Below, one piece after another: positions 44,691 through 51,401 of a stretch of 52,913 bases of DNA. The notes beneath the pieces were generated by a model. That model was not told where the DNA came from. It saw only the letters and a list, made by a program, of their open reading frames with translations, and made no database searches. This DNA is from a virus (lineage: Duplodnaviria; Caudoviricetes), in the IMG/VR virus record IMGVR_UViG_3300044729_002905, positions 1-52,913 of that record; one strand, written 5' to 3'. Both the position numbers and the translations under genes were made by a program. The first letter of the stretch is position 1; each line of letters starts with the position of its first letter.

Positions 44691-46430
44691 ATGCAATTCC
44701 GTCTCCCCACTCAACTACAACAAGAGTTGATGGCGTATGACCCAGCTCTTAAAGCACTGGCTAAACAGCAGACAGTAGCTAACAAAACCAAGAAGACTAC
44801 CCACCCACTGGGTAAACCCAATCAACTTATCCCAACTGAAGTATTGCCAGTATCGTTATATAACGATGCCATTGATAATATTAATTCACAGGCAGCACCT
44901 GACCGTTATCAACTGTTCACACGAATCATTGATCGTGTAGTAACACCGTACGCAATCTTGTATCACTTTGAACAAGTGTGGTATGCAGCATGGCTACCAC
45001 CCAAAGGACAAGAAGATCAGTACGTTTATGGTTACTCATATGCATTCAAGGACAATGCATCTGCATACAAGATGCTTCCTCGTAAGATTCGCGAAAACTT
45101 AAGTAAACTATCTGCATATCATGTTGGTCGTGTTCAGTATTTTACATACAACAAACTAGTAACTAAACAAGATATTATTGATGGGCACGATGCTAGAAAC
45201 TGGAATATTCCTAGTGTTCAAAGCTATTACAAAAAGTCTGGCAACTTGTTTCAACAATTAAAAGGATTTGAAGATCGACTATTTAACACCATTCCTATGT
45301 GGTCCGACAGTCGATCAACCTTTGCTCGGCTCCAGGCAATTAGTCCAGCCTGTGTAATTTTTACCAATGATTACCGTTACGGCCAAGAGTGTACAGCATA
45401 TTGGCAACACAATGACATTACTAAAGCTGTAATTTCATATGACTTGTTGTTTAAACTTATTACTACCTACGCACATAGTAATAGTTATGACGGTGATAGC
45501 TATCGAAAGTTAAATAAATTGCTGCACATTATTGCTACTCCATTTTTTAAGAAATGGATTCAAACAAAATGTGATGAAGTTAATGCAAACTTCTATAACC
45601 CTAACAATCAATTACTTCAATCTATTCGTGCACCATGGGTTCAAATCCATACACTGTTTAATGCCATTGATCTTGTACGTGAAATTTGGCCTAACTGCCC
45701 TATTGATTATTATCAATCCCACATCAATCAACTGTTAAGTTTTAAATCAACACGTCATGGTACGCTTTTAACACAAGCTTGGCTAAACAAACATATGCCT
45801 GTAGCTTCTTTCTTTTCTATTCTTGAAAAAGAATATGATAAAGAAATGAATAGCACACGTACTCGTTATAACTACGATGAAGAACTACAACACCCACGTT
45901 TTTATTATTCCAACTGGACAGATACTATTTCAATGTTAGATACTGTGCTTGCACACAACGCATGCGCAACAGAACCATTAACTCTTGACGTTCCAAAACG
46001 TTGGAGACTTATGGAGTTCCATGATCACATTCAATCTGTTGCATGGAAAGTTAAGAACAAAAACGAATCACTGCCCCAAGACTTGTTCCCTGAACCAGTC
46101 AAGCTTGAACTTGGTTCCAGTAAGTGGACATTCTTTCAGCCGGTTGATACACATCAACTAGCTGCTTGGGGACAAGCCGTACGTAATTGCGTTGGCAGTG
46201 CCAGTGGTTATGCAGATGGTGTTCGTAAGAAGAAACACTTTATCGTGTTGTGTATGATTGATAACAAACCTCAGTTCACTATCCAACTAGAAGTGAACAT
46301 GGGTATGATGTCTGTTAAACAGATCGCTGGTATTGGTAATACCAGGCTTACGGATGAAGAACGTGAGCTTTACACAACTGCATTCAGTAAGGCGTTGACT
46401 CAACGCGAGTCTGCGCTAGCATCTGCATAG
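44691..46430 (+). CDS. PcfJ-like domain protein
   Basis: C-terminal 'EFHDHI...QLAAWGQAVRNCVGS..GY........FIV.......FTIQL......KQI.G.GN'. Likely start is ATG 44691. Confidence 0.75.
   Translation: MQFRLPTQLQQELMAYDPALKALAKQQTVANKTKKTTHPLGKPNQLIPTEVLPVSLYNDAIDNINSQAAPDRYQLFTRIIDRVVTPYAILYHFEQVWYAAWLPPKGQEDQYVYGYSYAFKDNASAYKMLPRKIRENLSKLSAYHVGRVQYFTYNKLVTKQDIIDGHDARNWNIPSVQSYYKKSGNLFQQLKGFEDRLFNTIPMWSDSRSTFARLQAISPACVIFTNDYRYGQECTAYWQHNDITKAVISYDLLFKLITTYAHSNSYDGDSYRKLNKLLHIIATPFFKKWIQTKCDEVNANFYNPNNQLLQSIRAPWVQIHTLFNAIDLVREIWPNCPIDYYQSHINQLLSFKSTRHGTLLTQAWLNKHMPVASFFSILEKEYDKEMNSTRTRYNYDEELQHPRFYYSNWTDTISMLDTVLAHNACATEPLTLDVPKRWRLMEFHDHIQSVAWKVKNKNESLPQDLFPEPVKLELGSSKWTFFQPVDTHQLAAWGQAVRNCVGSASGYADGVRKKKHFIVLCMIDNKPQFTIQLEVNMGMMSVKQIAGIGNTRLTDEERELYTTAFSKALTQRESALASA
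46395..46422 (+). promoter_or_regulatory. Sigma70-like promoter
   Basis: TTGACT-16 nt-TAGCAT. Confidence 0.45.
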
Positions 46431-46481
46431 CCCCCACAGGCTGACCCGTCTTATCCTCGACAATAGGGCGGGTCACATCCA

Positions 46482-46703
46482 ATGATTAACTACACAGACG
46501 AACAACTACTTGCCATGGCCATGGCAAACATTGGCACTTACATTCATGACAACTCACCTCAGTACATCTTGATTGAAGACCCACGTAACGAAGATGATTA
46601 CGATACGTGGGATTACGGCTGTGAACCATTACCTCATGACCACACTTGGCAACACACATCAATTGATGTGAGTGTAAGCCCAAGTGATGGGGATGTGGCG
46701 TAA
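46482..46703 (+). CDS. Early acidic hypothetical protein
   Basis: 73 aa; the 3' end overlaps a family D element and the tRNA 5' end. Confidence 0.5.
   Translation: MINYTDEQLLAMAMANIGTYIHDNSPQYILIEDPRNEDDYDTWDYGCEPLPHDHTWQHTSIDVSVSPSDGDVA
46643..46686 (+). ncRNA. Family D element, copy abutting the tRNA
   Basis: CACTTGG-CAA-hairpin(CACATC/GATGTG)-TGTAAGC-CCAAGTG. Confidence 0.5.
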
Positions 46704-46774
46704 TCGGTAGCCGCTGCGCACTTAAAATGCGTTGACCATTGGTCGTGTCGGTTCAAGTCCGACCATCCCTACCA
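46689..46774 (+). tRNA. trnL: tRNA-Leu (anticodon UAA), intronless, with encoded CCA
   Basis: Acceptor GGGGATG/CATCCCT, anticodon arm GCGCA-CTTAAAA-TGCGT, long variable arm, GGTTCAAGTCC T-arm, ACCA end. Confidence 0.95.
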
Positions 46775-46794
46775 ATCCATTTGCAATTAAAACT

Positions 46795-47289
46795 ATGCAA
46801 CCTATTGTTACTTACACTAAGCCACAACAAGTATCTGTATTTAAAACAGATAACTATTTTCACATTTCTGTTACTGATGACAACGGAATTGAACAATCAA
46901 TTAAGTTGCCAACCAGTACAACTAAAGTAATTAAAACAGTACAACAAACTCCTGTTGTAATTGAACCAGAAGCTGTTAAACCTTCTATTGTTCGTATTGA
47001 TCGTACAGAAGATGGTCGTCAAATCGAACAACGAATTGAACCAAAAATTGTAAAACTTCCTAGAGAAGAACCTAAAAAATATAAAAAACAAAACCAAAAT
47101 TCAAAACCATTTACATCTAAACTTACACGATCACAAGTAATGGAAATTAAAACAATGCTTTATGATCCAAAGTTTATGGCTACTTATCCATCTTGTTATC
47201 AAGCTTATAAAGAAATCGCTAGTATTTATGGTGTTACTTATATGTGTATTCAGTTTATTCACAAAGGAGTTACCTGGAAAAATGTTTGA
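46795..47289 (+). CDS. Protein with a C-terminal HNH-associated HTH
   Basis: 'SKLTRSQVMEIK...YKEIASIYGVT...I..I.KGVTWKNV'. Start ATG 46795. Confidence 0.6.
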   Translation: MQPIVTYTKPQQVSVFKTDNYFHISVTDDNGIEQSIKLPTSTTKVIKTVQQTPVVIEPEAVKPSIVRIDRTEDGRQIEQRIEPKIVKLPREEPKKYKKQNQNSKPFTSKLTRSQVMEIKTMLYDPKFMATYPSCYQAYKEIASIYGVTYMCIQFIHKGVTWKNV

Positions 47290-47292
47290 TTA

Positions 47293-47322
47293 CCTGGGCA
47301 TCTACATAGTGTAAGTCCCAGG
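47293..47322 (+). ncRNA. Family D element, minimal copy
   Basis: CCTGGG-CAT-CTAcaTAG-TGTAAGT-CCCAGG. Confidence 0.6.
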
Positions 47323-47351
47323 TTTATTAATCCCTTTACTTAATTCACACC

Positions 47352-47708
47352 ATGCTTTCCTACTTCAAACATCTCATCCCTCAGCCCCATGGTTACATGG
47401 ATGAGGACAAACGTTACAACTTGGGCTTAACCTGGACTGATGTAGATGGTCTTACTGACTGTCATAATCTTGAGTTCAGGTACGTACGCAATTCAGAACG
47501 TCTTGCGCTCCAAGGGCAGCCAATGCCTGATGGTAGCTGGCAATACGTAGAAGCCAACGGTACTGTTCATACTATTACTCCTGAACGCGCCAAAGCATTC
47601 ATGGATAAAACACATGAACACGCTACTATTATGTGCGCAATGCTAGATAAAATGCGTGAAGCTGGCATGATGGATAACATTATTGACACCAGTGCTCAAG
47701 CTGCTTAA
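47352..47708 (+). CDS. Hypothetical protein
   Basis: 118 aa. Confidence 0.6.
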   Translation: MLSYFKHLIPQPHGYMDEDKRYNLGLTWTDVDGLTDCHNLEFRYVRNSERLALQGQPMPDGSWQYVEANGTVHTITPERAKAFMDKTHEHATIMCAMLDKMREAGMMDNIIDTSAQAA

Positions 47709-47711
47709 GCT
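47683..47711 (+). promoter_or_regulatory. Sigma70-like promoter
   Basis: TTGACA-17 nt-TAAGCT. Confidence 0.5.
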
Positions 47712-47730
47712 ACTGACGAAACACAACTCA

Positions 47731-47759
47731 GCCCCCGTGCAAACGGGGGTATTTCTTTT
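47731..47759 (+). terminator. Terminator-like hairpin
   Basis: GCCCCCGT-gcaa-ACGGGGGT followed by ATTTCTTTT. Confidence 0.55.
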
Positions 47760-48050
47760 ATGCAACCAGAAGAACTGCAACAACTCATTCAACAAATCAA
47801 TGACAACATTCCTGATCACACATGGGATCTGGTAAAAGATGCAGCTATTGCACAGATTGTAGATCTAATGGATCTCAATACTTTGCTTAAGCTTGCAGAG
47901 TTGTCACTGTCTGAGTACTATCACGAACACAAAGATGAGATCATTCAAGATCTTGTTTCATTTGTTGGTATTGACACAACAGTACACACATTAGATTCAC
48001 TTCAACTTGACAAAGTTCTTGTAACTACCAATGAAATGTCTGAAGTGTGA
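47760..48050 (+). CDS. Hypothetical protein
   Basis: 96 aa. Confidence 0.55.
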   Translation: MQPEELQQLIQQINDNIPDHTWDLVKDAAIAQIVDLMDLNTLLKLAELSLSEYYHEHKDEIIQDLVSFVGIDTTVHTLDSLQLDKVLVTTNEMSEV

Positions 48051-48369
48051 TAGTAAAAACACTCGTGTTACTTGCACTGTTCATTCAGAAACAAACACTA
48101 AACGGTATTGCCGATGTCTTGATTGCAATCAAAAGTTTCAAACTATTGAGCGTTACGTCAAGTACCACCGGGGTCCCAAACGTGGTGGTAAACTAGCTGA
48201 CACACAAGGAATCAAAAATGGTAATGCAGTTTTAACTGAACAAAACATTTTAGATATCCGTAAATTAAAAGCAGAAGGCAAATCAAACTTTGCAATCTCT
48301 GTAATTTATGGAATCAACCGTGGTCATGTATCACGAATTGTCAACCACAAAGTCTGGGCTCATGTCTAA
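48031..48369 (+). CDS. NrdR-like zinc ribbon plus HTH protein
   Basis: 'MKCLKCDSKNTRV..T......KRYCRCLDCNQKFQTIERY' plus 'NAVLTEQNILDIRKL...GINRGHVSRIV...W.HV'. Confidence 0.7.
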   Translation: MKCLKCDSKNTRVTCTVHSETNTKRYCRCLDCNQKFQTIERYVKYHRGPKRGGKLADTQGIKNGNAVLTEQNILDIRKLKAEGKSNFAISVIYGINRGHVSRIVNHKVWAHV

Positions 48370-48661
48370 ACACATCAAGATTATTCGATTCAAAGTTGGT
48401 GATCGCGTTGCTGAAAAACCAAAAGACAATTACATTCCAACTATCAGGCCAGAAAAAACAACTGTTGTATTGCGTAATTCAACCCAACGTATTGGTGTTG
48501 TAACCAATGTATTTGAAAAGAAAGATGCACGCAAACACACCTACACTTACTACGATGTAGCTTGGGATAACGGCAGGTCATCAACACATGCACAGTTCCG
48601 TTTGTGCCACGAACATGAACTAGCTGGTGTGCTCCAGGATTACCGCAATGCTATTGAGTAA
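48362..48661 (+). CDS. SH3-like hypothetical protein
   Basis: 'RFKVGDRV.....GVVT......YYDVAWDNG'. Confidence 0.55.
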   Translation: MSKHIKIIRFKVGDRVAEKPKDNYIPTIRPEKTTVVLRNSTQRIGVVTNVFEKKDARKHTYTYYDVAWDNGRSSTHAQFRLCHEHELAGVLQDYRNAIE

Positions 48662-48691
48662 CTTAATTACACACACAAGAGGAAACAACTA

Positions 48692-49060
48692 ATGACTAAC
48701 CAACAACACCCCATCACCCCGCCACCGGATCTGGTAGAGCAGTGGCTAAAAGAGTTTTACGGCGCGAAGCTTGAATACGTAGCTGAGGCTTCCATTCATC
48801 TTGCCGCCCGCGCTGCCCAATGGGGCGGAGACAAGGAGCTAAAAGCGTGCTGTGAGTGGTTACACGATACTTGTGTTGAAGATCCTGAAGATATAGTTCC
48901 AGAACTCCGCGCCGCCCGCCGCCCCAAGCCGCTGAGCTTGAAGGAGCAGGCGCTGGAGACGCTACAGCGGATTCGCAAGGATGGATACCCTTGCAATTTT
49001 CAAGAAGACTCTGATTGGGACACCATCCGCCGCGCACTGGAGGCCTTGCTCGATGACTGA
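48692..49060 (+). CDS. Hypothetical cyanophage-type protein
   Basis: 'QQHPITPPPDLVEQW...AAQWG.D.EL.ACCEWL...LRAARRPKP.SLKEQAL'; more GC-rich than its neighbours. Confidence 0.65.
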   Translation: MTNQQHPITPPPDLVEQWLKEFYGAKLEYVAEASIHLAARAAQWGGDKELKACCEWLHDTCVEDPEDIVPELRAARRPKPLSLKEQALETLQRIRKDGYPCNFQEDSDWDTIRRALEALLDD

Positions 49061-49301
49061 CCTCTCCCCCGCCGCGCAGGCAATTTTCACTGCTCAGGCC
49101 AAACAACGATGCTTGAACGAATGGGATCACGTCAATGATCCTCCGTGCCACCCAAGTGACAACGACTGGAACGGATGTTATCAATGCGTTGATCGCCGTG
49201 GACTTGCTGCCGCCTTGCGAGCTGTTGTACAAGAACTTAAGTATTTTGGTATCACTGAGAAAAACATTCTCGCCATCGCCGCCGAGCTTGAAACCCAGTA
49301 A
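49053..49301 (+). CDS. Hypothetical cyanophage-type protein
   Basis: 'MTDLSPAAQAI...LAAALRAV...ILAIAAELE'. Confidence 0.6.
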   Translation: MTDLSPAAQAIFTAQAKQRCLNEWDHVNDPPCHPSDNDWNGCYQCVDRRGLAAALRAVVQELKYFGITEKNILAIAAELETQ

Positions 49302-49315
49302 CCAACATCCCTTCT

Positions 49316-49474
49316 ATGTCTGCTCAACCACGGATCTTTACAGTTGACGAACTTGATGAGTTTTGCCTTTGGTGGTGGGGCTCAGACAATGACGAGCGTA
49401 CAGTCACTGATGTAATCGAAAGCGGAAGCATGACTGCGTTTGCTGAAGCTTGTATTGCCCGCTGGGGTAAGTAG
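49316..49474 (+). CDS. Small hypothetical protein (52 aa)
   Basis: Ends in 'FAEACIARWGK'. Confidence 0.5.
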   Translation: MSAQPRIFTVDELDEFCLWWWGSDNDERTVTDVIESGSMTAFAEACIARWGK

Positions 49475-49512
49475 TCCGATCAACTTATGAAACTATCTTG
49501 TCTCATGTAACT

Positions 49513-49713
49513 ATGACTGATCACAAACAACTGATAACTGAAATCAAAGTCATTCAAGATCTTGAAGCCATGTTAGATCAAGCTATACAAGCTGCCGAGA
49601 CTCTCCATGATTGCTGGATTGAACGTACTGGCCTCAAGATCGAAGATGACCCCTATGTAGAAGATGCTTGTTCCACAATTCTTTCTATCCGCGCTGAGCG
49701 TTTAGCTAATTAG
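49513..49713 (+). CDS. Small hypothetical protein
   Basis: Flanked by 21-bp direct repeats. Confidence 0.5.
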   Translation: MTDHKQLITEIKVIQDLEAMLDQAIQAAETLHDCWIERTGLKIEDDPYVEDACSTILSIRAERLAN

Positions 49714-49725
49714 TTTGATTAACTT

Positions 49726-50073
49726 ATGAAACTATCTTGTCCTAAGTGCCAAGCAAAAGCACGTGTTCGATCTGCGGAACACACACCAACTGAAATACAT
49801 CGTTGGTTTACTTGTACTAACTGTAAATTTAAATTTAGAACTGTTGAAAGATATTATCTTGTTAAACCAATTTTGATTAACAAACCTAAGTTAACCACAC
49901 AAAAATTACAAGGTAGTAGTAATCATGCTGCTGTATTACAAGAACAAGATGTTGTTCGATTAAGAACAATGGCTAAACAAGGAACTACATCTAAAGAGCT
50001 TGCTAAAGTATTCGGTATGTCTCAATCACATGTAAATCGCATACTTAGATATCAAGCTTGGAAACATGTGTAA
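49726..50073 (+). CDS. Zinc ribbon plus HTH protein (paralog of 48031..48369)
   Basis: 'CPKC....RV.......RWFTCTNCKFKFRTVERY' plus 'AVLQEQDVVRLR...ELAKVFGMSQSHVNRIL...WKHV'. Confidence 0.7.
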   Translation: MKLSCPKCQAKARVRSAEHTPTEIHRWFTCTNCKFKFRTVERYYLVKPILINKPKLTTQKLQGSSNHAAVLQEQDVVRLRTMAKQGTTSKELAKVFGMSQSHVNRILRYQAWKHV

Positions 50074-50270
50074 TTAAACAACACACTCTTTATTGTTCTT
50101 GAGATCAGCAACAGATTTGTTTTGTTCTTTGACCCAGCGGTTAAGCTGTTCTTTTTTAACAGCAAAGTAAATTAATTTTGCAGGGCTCATGGATCTGTAG
50201 TAATTACTACAAAATTGTATTTGATTTTTTGTTATGCGGTAGTTTGCTGCGTAACAAAACTTAGTTGACT

Positions 50271-50298
50271 TGTCCTAGGCATGACATTAAACTGCTCA
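50271..50298 (+). ncRNA. Family C H-type pseudoknot element
   Basis: TGTC-CTAGGCAT-GACA-TTAAAC-TGCTCA. Confidence 0.55.
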
Positions 50299-50319
50299 TT
50301 CACTCAACTCAACACAACT

Positions 50320-51090
50320 ATGAATTTGCTTAACTTTTCTACGGGTAATGCCAAGCTTGGCAAACGGTTAATCTTTAGTTTGCCAGCAGGTTATTCTTGT
50401 CCGCATGCTGGTGTGTGCAAAACAATGGCTGATCGCACCACAGGAAAGATTACTGATCTGCCACAAGAGAACGGGCCAAGCTGGCAAGACTATCGTTGCT
50501 TTGCTGCAATGGCAGAAACCAGACCAGGCGTACGTGAATCACGCTGGAGCAACTGGGATCGAATCAAAGAAGTAATGTATTCTGTTGATCGACCAGAAGA
50601 AAAACTTGTACTGTTAACTCAACTTATTCATGACTCTGTTCAAGCTGCACAACCTGTACGTGAACCTTGCGATCTTGTACGTGTGCACGAGAGTGGTGAT
50701 TTTTATACTGAGTTGTATTTCCGTGCATGGCTCCAAGTTGCTAGGCAAAATCCTGATCTTAAGTTTTATGCCTACACAAAATCTTTGGGTATGTGGTATG
50801 AGTCACGTCATGTAATTCCAGATAACTTTTATTTGACTGCATCAGTTGGCGGTACGCTTGACTATCTGTTGCCTAAGTATCCAGAAGTTTTTTATCGTGT
50901 TGCTTATGTTGTTTACACAGAAAAACAAGCTGAGCAAATGGGACTTGAAATTGATCATGATGATAGTCATTGCTTTGGCCCCAGCTCTTTTGCTTTGCTT
51001 GTACACAATGTTCAACGTGCTGGCTCCGAAGCATCCAAAGCATTGGCTGCTCGACGTAAGAACGGCCAATGGACTGGTTACAAAAAATAA
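50320..51090 (+). CDS. GP88-like (radical-SAM-related) phage protein
   Basis: 'GNAKL....FSLPAGYSCP.AGVC...CFAA...VRVHESGDFY...W..VA..NP...FYAYTK'. Likely start is ATG 50320. Confidence 0.75.
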   Translation: MNLLNFSTGNAKLGKRLIFSLPAGYSCPHAGVCKTMADRTTGKITDLPQENGPSWQDYRCFAAMAETRPGVRESRWSNWDRIKEVMYSVDRPEEKLVLLTQLIHDSVQAAQPVREPCDLVRVHESGDFYTELYFRAWLQVARQNPDLKFYAYTKSLGMWYESRHVIPDNFYLTASVGGTLDYLLPKYPEVFYRVAYVVYTEKQAEQMGLEIDHDDSHCFGPSSFALLVHNVQRAGSEASKALAARRKNGQWTGYKK

Positions 51091-51167
51091 AATATTCATT
51101 GGCTGACATAGTTGCATTCCAGAAGAAGGACAGTATTATTTAACTGTTCTTTCTTCTGGAACTTTTT

Positions 51168-51401
51168 GTGTCTTACGTTATTGCAACATGTAAAGATGGT
51201 GTTAACTATTGCGTTCGAGCAGATCTAAACAAGAACAAGTTCGTCTTGATTCCTGTAGAATCTGATTCGGATCTGTCAAAAGTATTTTGCCATCCGTATC
51301 GCGTTGGTGCAGCACAGATCTTGCAATGGATTCTTGAACATGACTCAGATCTCGCCAGTCAAAACCTTGAAGTTTCCGCTGAAGGCAAGTTCAGAGACTG
51401 A
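51168..51401 (+). CDS. Hypothetical protein
   Basis: 77 aa with TTGCAT-16 nt-TATTAT upstream. Confidence 0.55.
   Translation: MSYVIATCKDGVNYCVRADLNKNKFVLIPVESDSDLSKVFCHPYRVGAAQILQWILEHDSDLASQNLEVSAEGKFRD

Noticed and set aside
46732-46794. ORF start inside the tRNA
   Set aside because: Overlaps tRNA-Leu; ATG 46795 is the plausible start.
37280-50298. CRISPR array or mini-array interpretation of the repeats
   Set aside because: Repeats are separated by whole genes, vary in sequence, and no cas genes are present.
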